Source: Dickeya solani IPO 2222 (lineage in GTDB: Bacteria; Pseudomonadota; Gammaproteobacteria; Enterobacterales; Enterobacteriaceae). From it: a stretch of 32,000 nucleotides of DNA. The stretch is taken from the NCBI RefSeq assembly GCF_001644705.1, contig NZ_CP015137.1, forward strand, positions 2,580,001 to 2,612,000, read 5' to 3'. Positions within the stretch are counted from its first letter, which is position 1, and each line of letters starts with the position of its first letter. Made by a program: the position numbers and the translations under genes. The notes beneath the pieces are model-generated. The model was given only the letters and a program-made list of their open reading frames with translations, had not been told where the DNA came from and made no database searches. Shown piece after piece: positions 8,143-19,795 of this stretch.

Positions 8143-8159
8143 TGCACTTCACTGGTGCA
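8143..8159. promoter_or_regulatory. NtrC-like enhancer dyad upstream of the sigma54 promoter
   Basis: TGCACTTCACTGGTGCA is a 7-3-7 dyad. It matches the NtrC consensus TGCACCA-N3-TGGTGCA at 15 of 17 positions as I recall it. It sits roughly 75 bp upstream of the predicted start site. Confidence 0.4.
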
Positions 8160-8290
8160 AATGACGGCAAACGGTGCGCTACGGCGGGGTGATGCAGCGA
8201 AAATAACGATAGGAGATAGTGCGATAGCGGAGGAGGGCGCACCGGCGTGAAACACCCGGCGCGCTGTGCAGCGCAGCCGGGTAACTGACC

Positions 8291-8677
8291 TTAGCCGCGA
8301 ACCGCGATAGCTTCGATCTCGATTTTCACGTCTTTCGGCAGGCGAGCCACTTCCACGCAGGAGCGAGCCGGGAACGGCGCGTTGTGCTCGGTGAAGAAGG
8401 CTTCGTACGCGGCGTTAACCGTGGCGAAATCGTTCAGATCTTTCACGAACACCGTGGTTTTGACGATGTTGCCGACTTTCATACCGGCCGCTTCCACGAT
8501 GGCTTTCACGTTTGCCAGTGACTGGCGGGCCTGTGCGGTGATGTCGTCCGGCACCAGACCGGTTTTCGGGTCCACCGGAATCTGGCCAGAGGTGATGATC
8601 ATGCTGCCCAGGTCAACACCCTGAACATAAGGGCCGATGGCGGCCGGAGCCTGTTCCGTACTGATAATGCGTGACAT
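8291..8677 (-). CDS. ridA: RidA (YjgF/TdcF family) reactive enamine/imine deaminase
   Basis: The 128-aa protein, MSRIISTEQAPAAIGPYVQGVDLGSMIITSGQIPVDPKTG...CVEVARLPKDVKIEIEAIA, is near-identical in pattern to E. coli RidA. It occupies the conserved position downstream of pyrBI. Confidence 0.95.
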   Translation of the reverse strand: MSRIISTEQAPAAIGPYVQGVDLGSMIITSGQIPVDPKTGLVPDDITAQARQSLANVKAIVEAAGMKVGNIVKTTVFVKDLNDFATVNAAYEAFFTEHNAPFPARSCVEVARLPKDVKIEIEAIAVRG

Positions 8678-8723
8678 GTTTTCTCCTGATTATGTCTGAA
8701 ATGATGCGACTTCCGCATTATTC

Positions 8724-8781
8724 CAAAAAGCCCGCCGTCAGGCCAATGCCGCAATCCGATGGGCGGCGTTTTCCTGACGGC
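8724..8781 (-). terminator. Possible pyrBI operon terminator (long hairpin followed by a U-run)
   Basis: On the minus strand GCCGTCAGG ... CCTGACGGC forms a 9-bp stem with a large loop, followed by GGGCTTTTTGG. It lies just after the pyrI stop. Confidence 0.4.
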
Positions 8782-8790
8782 AAACGCGTA

Positions 8791-10207
<1,417 letters not shown>

Positions 10208-10239
10208 TTGGCTATGCTCCCCTCGGTTAGGCCCGGTAA

Positions 10240-11085
<846 letters not shown>

Positions 11086-11160
11086 TTCGTTATTTTTATG
11101 CTTTCCATCATTTGCTGACAAACCCTTTAAGCGCAAGGTTACGGGGTTTTCCGGCGTCAA

Positions 11161-11296
11161 AAACTGTGCTGAGGTGAGCGACTTCGCCGGGTGAGCCGCA
11201 TGGATGCGGCGAAAGTCCGTGTCGTGCCGGGAGCACGTCACGGGCGGCCCGAACCGCGAAGGCGAACGCCGAAGGTACCGCGCAGCGGCACAGTTT
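11161..11296. repeat. GC-rich imperfect-palindromic intergenic element (ERIC/IRU-like or a lineage-specific MITE-like repeat)
   Basis: The outer arms AAACTGTGC (11161) and GCACAGTTT (11288) pair. There are internal hairpins (GCCGCA-TGGA-TGCGGC and CGTGTCGTGC-CGGGA-GCACGTCACG). One end, CTGAGGTGAGCG, resembles the ERIC core CTGGGGTGAGCG, and the other end has CCCCCAGCCAGTG. Confidence 0.3.
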
Positions 11297-11525
11297 AGCC
11301 CCCAGCCAGTGGTCAAGGAGAGGCGGCGTTTGAGCCTCTCCTTGTCGTGCGTGCGATAATTTTGCAAAGGAAAAACTAAAGTCATTACGCACGAAATTTC
11401 TCACCAGTTTTGCATAAAATCGCCAGCAAAAAGACAATACGGCTGTTTGTTAACAGCCTCATTTCCCCCCGCTATTAGCGCCGTATCGGATGTGATCCCG
11501 CCCGTAAAATAGGCATAAGGTTTTA

Positions 11526-11576
11526 TGAAACCGGTTGCAGTGATAATGGCTTTCATGCAGTCTGAAACCGGTTTCA
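11526..11576. promoter_or_regulatory. Two LacI/GalR-family operators flanking a GATAAT -10-like box (AscG-type motif)
   Basis: TGAAACCGGTTGCA lies at 11526-11539, and the perfect 14-bp palindrome TGAAACCGGTTTCA lies at 11563-11576. TGATAAT at 11541-11547 sits between them, about 55 nt upstream of the PTS gene ATG. Confidence 0.6.
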
Positions 11577-11628
11577 GTGGTGGTCGAATCAACGAAGTGG
11601 TTACCGAATATCAACATAAGGTGGCGCC

Positions 11629-13056
11629 ATGTCAGGGATCCGAGATTACGCGAAATTAGCGCAGAACATTCTGCAGGAAGTGGGCGGTCAGCCAAATATT
11701 GTCGATTTTTCCCGCTGTGCCACCCGATTACGCCTGATTCTGGCGCAAACGCCTGATAACGCGAAAGCGCGGATTCAGAGCCTGCCCAGAGTGATTGCGG
11801 TGGTGGAGAGCGCCGGTCAGTTTCAGGTGGTCATCGGTGTGCATGTGGCGGAAGTGTACCAGCAGATGGCGGCATTGCTCGGCGAAGGCGCTGAGCGCGG
11901 CGAAGAGCCCCGTCGGCGCGTGATGGATACGGTGATCGCCACCATGTCGGCGGTGTTCGCGCCGATTGTGTATATCCTGGCGGCGGCCGGGATACTGCAG
12001 GGCATATTGATCGTTATTCAGCAGTTCTCCGCCAGCTTTGCGCTGACCGGCACCTATCGCGTGCTCAATTTCATGTCCTGGACGCCGTTCGCCTTTTTGC
12101 CGGTGTTTATCGCCCTGACTGCTTCCCGCCATTTCCGCTGCAACACCTATATCGCGGTGCTGTGCTGCTGCGCGTTGATCAACCCCGAATGGACGGCGAT
12201 GGCGGGGAAAATCGCCGCCGGCGAGTCGATCACCCTGCTGGGGCTGCCGCTGGCGAAGACAGTGTATACCGCGTCGGTATTGCCGCCGCTGTTTCTGGTG
12301 TGGGTGCTGGCGTGGGTGGAGCGCCGGGTGGAAAAGCGATTGCCGGATATCGTCAGCGCGCTGTTTACCCCGTTGATTTGCTTTGTGATTGTGGTGCCGC
12401 TGACGCTGCTGTTGATCGGCCCGGCCAGCACCTGGGTCGCCACCGGGATCGCCGCCGGCTATAACGCGCTGTTCAATACCTTCCCGGCGCTGGCGGCCGC
12501 GATTATTGGCGGCGTGTGGCAGATCATTGTGATCTTCGGCGTGCACTGGGGCATCACGCCGGTGGTGGTGGCCAACTTTGACCTGAACGGTTACGACTCG
12601 TTTCAGGCGTTCCAGACCGTCGCCGTGGTCGCCCAGATGGCGGCCGCATTCGGCTGTTTTTTGAAAACGCGCAACCGTGAACTGAAAGCGCGTTCGATGT
12701 CGGCGGGGGTGACGGCGATTTTCGGCATCACCGAACCGGCTATCTACGGGGTGACGCTGCGCTACAAGAAACCCTTTATCTGCGGCTGCATCGGCGGGGC
12801 GGTGGGGGCGGTAGTCGCCAGCCTGTTCGGATCGCTGTATTACGCCTATGCCGCATTGCCGGGCGTGCTGACGGTGATCAACGCCATCAATCCGTCCGCG
12901 CCGATGTCGTTTATCGGCGAGCTGGCTGGCTGCGGCGTGGCAATCGTATTGACTATCGGACTGGTGATGGTGGTGGGGTTTGACGATCCGGTGGAGGAAA
13001 CGGCCGCGACGTCTGCGGAGGCAGCGTCGACGACCCGGACAAGCACATCGGTTTGA
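11629..13056 (+). CDS. PTS beta-glucoside-family EIIBC component (no EIIA domain)
   Basis: The N-terminal EIIB domain has a phosphorylatable Cys in SRCATRLRL. It is followed by about 10 hydrophobic segments and the ITEPAIYGV motif of Glc/Bgl-family EIIC. AAGGTGG serves as the RBS. Confidence 0.9.
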   Translation: MSGIRDYAKLAQNILQEVGGQPNIVDFSRCATRLRLILAQTPDNAKARIQSLPRVIAVVESAGQFQVVIGVHVAEVYQQMAALLGEGAERGEEPRRRVMDTVIATMSAVFAPIVYILAAAGILQGILIVIQQFSASFALTGTYRVLNFMSWTPFAFLPVFIALTASRHFRCNTYIAVLCCCALINPEWTAMAGKIAAGESITLLGLPLAKTVYTASVLPPLFLVWVLAWVERRVEKRLPDIVSALFTPLICFVIVVPLTLLLIGPASTWVATGIAAGYNALFNTFPALAAAIIGGVWQIIVIFGVHWGITPVVVANFDLNGYDSFQAFQTVAVVAQMAAAFGCFLKTRNRELKARSMSAGVTAIFGITEPAIYGVTLRYKKPFICGCIGGAVGAVVASLFGSLYYAYAALPGVLTVINAINPSAPMSFIGELAGCGVAIVLTIGLVMVVGFDDPVEETAATSAEAASTTRTSTSV

Positions 13057-13074
13057 TATGACTGTGAATATTGA

Positions 13075-14559
<1,485 letters not shown>

Positions 14560-14613
14560 ACCGTGTCAGGATAAGCGTGTGGGCTGATAACGCCGGTTAT
14601 CCGGCCCACTGCT

Positions 14614-14648
14614 GAGCCACATCGTCGTCGGTGTGGCTCATTGTTTTT
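14614..14648 (+). terminator. Rho-independent terminator after the phospho-beta-glucosidase gene
   Basis: GAGCCACA-10 nt loop-TGTGGCTC is followed by ATTGTTTTT. Confidence 0.6.
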
Positions 14649-14653
14649 GCTGC

Positions 14654-15670
14654 TTAAATCTCGACGCTGTGGCTCAATGTCGCCACCATCACCGCTTTGA
14701 TGGTGTGCATGCGGTTTTCCGCCTGATCGAACACGATACTGTGGGCGGATTCAAATACATCGTTGGTGACTTCCATACCGTTGTGCAGGCCGTACTGCTC
14801 CGCCATTTGTTTGCCGAGCGTGGTCTGATCGTCGTGAAACGCCGGCAGGCAGTGCAGGAATTTCACCTGCGGGTTGCCGGTGGCGGCGATCATTGCGGCG
14901 TTGACCTGATACGGCCGCAGTAGGTCAATACGCTGCTGCCATACCTCTTTCGGTTCCCCCATCGAAACCCACACGTCGGTGTAGATGAAGTCCACGCCGT
15001 TTACCCCGGCCACTACGTCTTCAGTCAGCGTAATCGAGCCGCCGGTTTTGGCCGCTGCCGCCTGACATTCCGCCACCAGACCAGCATCCGGCCAGCAGGC
15101 TTTCGGGGCGATTAATCGCAGATCCAGCCCGGTGATGGCGGCGGCTTCCAGCATACTGTTGCCCATATTGTTGCGGGTGTCGCCCACATAAGCCAGTTTC
15201 ATGCCCGACAGCGATTTACCCGGCAAGTGTTCCTGCATGGTCAGCAGGTCCGCCAGCAACTGGGTCGGATGGAATTCGTTGGTCAGGCCGTTCCACACCG
15301 GCACGCCGGAAAACTCGGCCAGCGTTTCCACCAGCACCTGGCCGTAGCCGCGGTACTGGATGCCGTCGTACATGCGGCCCAGCACCCGGGCGGTGTCTTT
15401 CATTGATTCTTTATGACCGATCTGGCTGCCGCTGGGGCCAAGGTAGGTGACTTGCGCGCCTTGATCGTATGCAGCAACTTCGAAAGAGCAACGAGTGCGG
15501 GTCGAATCTTTTTCGAAGATGAGTGCGATGTTTTTACCTTGCAGGTGACGGGTTTCGGCGCCGTTTTTCTTATTAGTTTTCAGGGTGGCGGCGAGGGTCA
15601 GAAGGCTGCTGATCTCAGCTGGAGTGAAATCCATCAGCCGTAAAAAATGGCGCTTGTAGAACGGGTTCAT
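14654..15670 (-). CDS. argI: Ornithine carbamoyltransferase
   Basis: [29 protein letters not shown] and HCLPAFH motifs are present, and the protein is near-colinear with E. coli ArgI. The start at ATG 15670 ([10 protein letters not shown]) is preceded by GGAGAAG. The track start at 15694 adds 8 residues. Confidence 0.95.
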   Translation of the reverse strand: MNPFYKRHFLRLMDFTPAEISSLLTLAATLKTNKKNGAETRHLQGKNIALIFEKDSTRTRCSFEVAAYDQGAQVTYLGPSGSQIGHKESMKDTARVLGRMYDGIQYRGYGQVLVETLAEFSGVPVWNGLTNEFHPTQLLADLLTMQEHLPGKSLSGMKLAYVGDTRNNMGNSMLEAAAITGLDLRLIAPKACWPDAGLVAECQAAAAKTGGSITLTEDVVAGVNGVDFIYTDVWVSMGEPKEVWQQRIDLLRPYQVNAAMIAATGNPQVKFLHCLPAFHDDQTTLGKQMAEQYGLHNGMEVTNDVFESAHSIVFDQAENRMHTIKAVMVATLSHSVEI

Positions 15671-15702
15671 CGTTGTCTTCTCCATGTGGCTCAACGCTTA
15701 AG

Positions 15703-15741
15703 GTTGAATTAAAATTCACTTTATATGTGTAAATATTCAAA
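15703..15741. promoter_or_regulatory. Tandem ARG boxes (ArgR operator) upstream of argI
   Basis: GTTGAATTAAAATTCACT (15703-15720) matches the 18-bp ARG box wNTGAATwwwwATTCANw at all core positions. After a 3-bp spacer, TATGTGTAAATATTCAAA (15724-15741) matches with two core mismatches. Confidence 0.65.
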
Positions 15742-15831
15742 TTCAAGTGCCGCGTTCAAACTTTCTGGTGGAGAGAGAGGCTAGCCTGTGGGAAAATAAC
15801 CTATCTTTGCCGCTTTGATGAGGACTGAGAC

Positions 15832-16260
15832 ATGGCAAACCGCGAACTGCTGGAAGAACAACGTGAAGAAACCCGCCTGATCATTGAGGAATTGCTGGAG
15901 GACGGCAGCGACCCCGATGCGCTCTACACCATCGAACACCATTTCTCAGCCGAGAAGTTTGAAGATCTGGAAAAAGTGGCGGTGGATGCGTTCAAACTGG
16001 GCTACGAAGTCACCGATGCCGAAGAAATGGAAATGGAAGACGGCATGGTGCTGATGTGCTGCGACGCTATCAGCGAGGTGGCGTTGAACGCTGAGTTGAT
16101 CGATCAGCAGGTGGAACAACTGCTGGCGCTGGCCGAGCGTCATGGCGTCAACTACGACGGCTGGGGCACTTATTTTGAAGACCCGGACGGCGAGGATGAA
16201 GACGAATTTGGGGAAGACGAAGACTTCTATGATGAGGATGACGACGGCAAGCGTCATTGA
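15832..16260 (+). CDS. rraB: Regulator of ribonuclease activity B
   Basis: [40 protein letters not shown] and the acidic C-terminal tail are nearly identical to E. coli RraB. The position next to argI is conserved. Confidence 0.92.
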   Translation: MANRELLEEQREETRLIIEELLEDGSDPDALYTIEHHFSAEKFEDLEKVAVDAFKLGYEVTDAEEMEMEDGMVLMCCDAISEVALNAELIDQQVEQLLALAERHGVNYDGWGTYFEDPDGEDEDEFGEDEDFYDEDDDGKRH

Positions 16261-16274
16261 TTCTGGTTTTGTGT

Positions 16275-16307
16275 ATCGCCCGGCAATTGCCGGGCGATGT
16301 GTTTTTA
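16275..16307 (+). terminator. Rho-independent terminator after rraB
   Basis: The perfect 24-nt palindrome ATCGCCCGGCAATTGCCGGGCGAT is followed by GTGTTTTTA. Confidence 0.65.
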
Positions 16308-16334
16308 TGCGGCGCAATGACAGTGCCCGCGTCC

Positions 16335-16847
16335 TTACAGCGTTTTCAGCATCCTGACTTCGCAATCCACATGGCCGGTGCTGCCCATGGCATGCGAGAT
16401 ATGTGCGAAGCCGAGTTTTTCATACAGGTGGATGGCGCTGGTCAGGTGCGCGGTGGTTTCCAGATAGCAACGCCGAAACCCCTGCTCACGGCCAAACGTC
16501 AGCGCCAGTTCCGCCAGTTGGCGGGCGATGCCTTGACCGCGCGCCAGCGGTAGAAAATACATTTTCTGCAATTCGCAGATATCCGACTCGCCGCCGGACA
16601 GCGGAGCCAAACCGCCGCCGCCCACCACTTCGCCATTGCATTCCACCACCCAGTACGCGCTGGCGGGGCGACAATAGAGTTCGAACAACTGGTCCAGGTC
16701 CGGGTCGGACACGGTATACCCCTTGTCGGCCGTCAGGCCGAATTCAGCGGAAACCCGGCGGATCACGTTGGCAATCGCCGCGTTGTCCGCGGCCGTAATC
16801 GGGCGGGTCAGCAGTGGTGTGGACGCTGAAGTTGTCATGTTGCTCAC
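16335..16847 (-). CDS. yjgM: GNAT family N-acetyltransferase, YjgM homolog
   Basis: [53 protein letters not shown] and the C-terminal [13 protein letters not shown] are colinear with E. coli YjgM as I recall it. Synteny with rraB is conserved. Confidence 0.85.
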   Translation of the reverse strand: MSNMTTSASTPLLTRPITAADNAAIANVIRRVSAEFGLTADKGYTVSDPDLDQLFELYCRPASAYWVVECNGEVVGGGGLAPLSGGESDICELQKMYFLPLARGQGIARQLAELALTFGREQGFRRCYLETTAHLTSAIHLYEKLGFAHISHAMGSTGHVDCEVRMLKTL

Positions 16848-16905
16848 TCTTGTCGGCAGAATCCTGTCAGGTCGAAAACGTCGGCAACCGGCTGGCGTTT
16901 CCCGA

Positions 16906-16948
16906 TGATACGTACTGTCGGTGATACGTACCGCTGATTATACGTACC
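16906..16948. repeat. Three direct copies of T(G/T)ATACGTAC(C/T) at exact 16-bp spacing in the yjgM / XRE-regulator divergent intergenic region
   Basis: The cores are at 16906 (TGATACGTACT), 16922 (TGATACGTACC) and 16938 (TTATACGTACC). Each contains the palindrome TACGTA. The array lies 60-100 nt upstream of the yjgM ATG. Confidence 0.45.
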
Positions 16949-17162
16949 GATGCGCCAGCTCAAAACCCGTTATTGATAAAGGCGCGTAACAAAAAGCGCA
17001 ACCGTGGATGAGCGAAGCGGTAATCGTTCGACCATGACGCGAATCCTGCTGTTAAACGTGCGGCGGAATAACCCGTTCTCACTGCGTTTCACTCTGAACG
17101 TATCTTGATCTATTTTCTCATTTATGAGATTTTTTATCAAAATTGATATTTAAGGCGACGCG

Positions 17163-17768
17163 ATGGAACCTTCCATTTCTGAAACCGAACGTCTTTCTGA
17201 AAACGATCGTCTTTCCGAAACCGATCGTCGGCTGGCCGGGCGGCTGGCGGCGCTGCGCCGTGAGCGAGGTTGGTCGCTGGACGAACTGGCACAGAACAGC
17301 GGCATCAGCCGCGCCACGTTGTCCCGGCTGGAACGCATGGAGTCCAGCCCGACGGCGGCATTGTTGGGCCGTTTGTGCGCGGTGTACGGCTGCACTATGT
17401 CGTGCCTGCTGGCCGAAGTGGAAACCCAACTGCCGCAGAAGTTGAGCGCCGCGCAACAACCGGTATGGATTGATCCGGAAACCGGGTTTGTCCGCCGTAC
17501 GGTTTCCCCCCCTTCAGCCGGTTTTCGCGCCGAAATGATTCACGGCGAGCTGCCGGCCGGCGCGCGTATCGAATACACGGCGCCGCCGCTGGTGGGGTTG
17601 GAGCATCACCTGTATGTGCTGGATGGTCAGTTGGTTATGACGCTGGAAGGCGTGACCCACACGCTCGTCCCGCAGGACAGCCTGCGTTATCGCCTGTATG
17701 GCGCGTCCGGGTTCCATAATCCCGGCCCGGACCCGGTTCGCTACCTGATTGCTATCTGCACCCCTTAA
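17163..17768 (+). CDS. XRE-family HTH transcriptional regulator with a C-terminal cupin domain
   Basis: The HTH segment is LRRERGWSLDELAQNSGISRATLSRLERMESSP. The C-terminal beta-rich part (HHLYVLDGQLVMTLEGVTHTLVPQDSLRY) is typical of cupin sensor domains. Confidence 0.85.
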   Translation: MEPSISETERLSENDRLSETDRRLAGRLAALRRERGWSLDELAQNSGISRATLSRLERMESSPTAALLGRLCAVYGCTMSCLLAEVETQLPQKLSAAQQPVWIDPETGFVRRTVSPPSAGFRAEMIHGELPAGARIEYTAPPLVGLEHHLYVLDGQLVMTLEGVTHTLVPQDSLRYRLYGASGFHNPGPDPVRYLIAICTP

Positions 17769-17792
17769 TCTTTTTTTGCTACGGAGCTGAAG

Positions 17793-18290
17793 ATGGAGCT
17801 GACGATAATGACAAACACATCCCCGCGGGCGCCGCTGGTGATCCGCGAAGACGATCTGAGCGGCGAGGCCACTCGGGCGCTGGTGGCGCTGCATCTGGCG
17901 GGCATGCACGATAATTCACCGCCGGAGCAGGTGTTCGCGCTGGACTTGTCCGGTTTACAGGCGCCGGATATCACGTTCTGGAGCGTCTGGCGCGGTGAGC
18001 AGATCGCCGGTATCGGGGCGCTGAAAATGCTGCCGGACGGCAGCGGAGAACTGAAATCGATGCGTACCCATCCGCAATGTCTGCGTCAGGGCGTGGCCGC
18101 GCGCCTGCTGGTTCATATTCAGGGCGAAGCGCGTCGGCGCGGTTTGCGCCGCCTGAGCCTGGAAACCGGCAGCGGTCCGGCGTTTGAACCGGCGCTGGCG
18201 CTGTATCGTCAGCACGGTTTTGTGAATGGCGAGGCATTCGCTGAGTATACGGCCGGCGAATTCAACCAGTTCCTGCATCTGCCGCTGTAG
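17793..18290 (+). CDS. GNAT family N-acetyltransferase
   Basis: The acetyl-CoA binding region is RQGVAARLLVHIQGEARRRGLRRLSLETG, and LYRQHGF is present. The gene lies 24 nt downstream of the XRE-cupin gene. The start is ambiguous between ATG 17793 and ATG 17808, both preceded by GGAG. Confidence 0.8.
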   Translation: MELTIMTNTSPRAPLVIREDDLSGEATRALVALHLAGMHDNSPPEQVFALDLSGLQAPDITFWSVWRGEQIAGIGALKMLPDGSGELKSMRTHPQCLRQGVAARLLVHIQGEARRRGLRRLSLETGSGPAFEPALALYRQHGFVNGEAFAEYTAGEFNQFLHLPL

Positions 18291-18572
18291 ATAACGGCTC
18301 GGTTTATCTCTTTCATCTCTGCGCACAGGCGACAATATCGGCAACCGGAGGGTAACGGCAGGCTTGCTTTGCGGTTAGCGGCGTATCCCTGAACAGAATC
18401 AGGACACGGATTGTTTCATCGGTATTGTTCAGGACTAAATTATATGCCGCGATAACTAAAATTGGCGGAATATAATTATTTTTTAATGATTAGCCTGCGA
18501 GCATTATTGGGATATTTTACAGGAAACATTAACATCAAGATCCCCCGCCTAAGATTACGGAAGAGTTGTTCT

Positions 18573-19640
18573 ATGGTTAATCGCTTGCTGTCTGGACTGG
18601 CTGGTCTGGTTTTTCTGTTGGTTTTATCTCCTTTGTCGACTGCACAAACGCTACAACCACAAGAAGGAAATTGGGTCGCGCCTGAATTCCGATTCCATAC
18701 CGGAGAAACCGTCAACAATCTCCGTATTCATTATTACACGTTGGGCGACAGTAAAAAGCCGGCCGTATTATTGCTGCACGGCACTAACCAGCCGATCGGC
18801 GCCTTATTGGCTGCCGGTTTTGGCGGCGAATTATTTGGCCCCGGCCAGCCGCTGGATACCAGCAAATATTTCATCATTATTCCTGAAAGCATCGGTTCCG
18901 GAAAATCCGCCAAGCCGTCTGACGGCCTGCGCACTAAATTCCCGCAATATAACTACGATGATATGGTGCTGGCGCAATACCGCCTGCTGACCGAAGGTCT
19001 CGGCATTACGCATCTGCGGTTGGTGATGGGATATTCGATGGGGGGTATGCATACCTGGATGTGGGGCGAAAAATACCCGGACATGATGGATGCGCTGGTG
19101 CCGATGGCGTCGCAGCCGAACGAACTGTCGGGCCGCAACTGGATGCTGCGCCGCATGCTGATTGAAACCATCAAACGCGATCCGGCGTGGAAAAACGGCG
19201 ATTACACCACTCAGCCGCCGTCGCTGCAGACCGCCAACATCATGTTCAGCATTGCCACCACGGGCGGTACGCTGGCCTACCAGAGCAAAGCGCCGACTCG
19301 CGCCCAGGCGGACAAACTGGTGGATGAGCGTCTGGCCGCGCCGGTCACCAGCGATGCCAATGACTTTATTTATATCTGGAATTCCTCAGCGGATTATAAC
19401 GCGTCGCCGGAATTGGCCCGTATCAAGGCGCCGTTGCTGGTGATTAATTCCGCTGACGATGAGCGTAATCCGGTTGAAACAGGAATACTGGAAAGTGAGC
19501 TGAAAAAGGTGAAACACGCCGAACTGTTTTTGATTCCGGCAAGTAAGGAAACCAGCGGCCATGCCACCATGATGTCGGCGAAGTTTTATAAAAATAAACT
19601 GGGTGAGTTTTTGGCGACGACGCCGCCACATAATCAGTAA
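18573..19640 (+). CDS. Secreted alpha/beta-fold hydrolase (homoserine O-acetyltransferase-like esterase family)
   Basis: I chose the start at ATG 18573, after GGAAGAG. The Sec signal is MVNRLLSGLAGLVFLLVLSPLSTA|QT. The nucleophile elbow is GYSMGG, with an acid in INSADDERNP and a His in ETSGHATM. The 37-aa N-terminal extension in the track looks non-coding. Confidence 0.75.
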   Translation: MVNRLLSGLAGLVFLLVLSPLSTAQTLQPQEGNWVAPEFRFHTGETVNNLRIHYYTLGDSKKPAVLLLHGTNQPIGALLAAGFGGELFGPGQPLDTSKYFIIIPESIGSGKSAKPSDGLRTKFPQYNYDDMVLAQYRLLTEGLGITHLRLVMGYSMGGMHTWMWGEKYPDMMDALVPMASQPNELSGRNWMLRRMLIETIKRDPAWKNGDYTTQPPSLQTANIMFSIATTGGTLAYQSKAPTRAQADKLVDERLAAPVTSDANDFIYIWNSSADYNASPELARIKAPLLVINSADDERNPVETGILESELKKVKHAELFLIPASKETSGHATMMSAKFYKNKLGEFLATTPPHNQ

Positions 19641-19795
19641 CGGGAATTAATAATATTGGGCCGGCGGTGGCGACGCAATAATGTCCACACAATAACGTCG
19701 GCCTTTTCCTTTCATGATATTTCCTTTTCATTTTTGTTGCGGTTACGTGTGAGCTGAAGCTCATGGTTTTTCATTACTAAACAACAGGGACAATT

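Noticed and set aside
8042-8242. The ORF track adds a 67-aa N-terminal extension to the ATP-grasp gene (MRPPPLSHYLLSLF...).
   Set aside because: The extension is Ser/Leu/Pro-rich, lacks an RBS, and would run across the predicted sigma54 promoter and NtrC-like site. The family normally starts near the YYDEM segment, which ATG 8041 provides with an AGGGGA RBS.
16180-16260. RraB has an extremely acidic C-terminal tail ([27 protein letters not shown]).
   Set aside because: E. coli RraB has an equivalent acidic tail, so this is a family feature and not a novelty.
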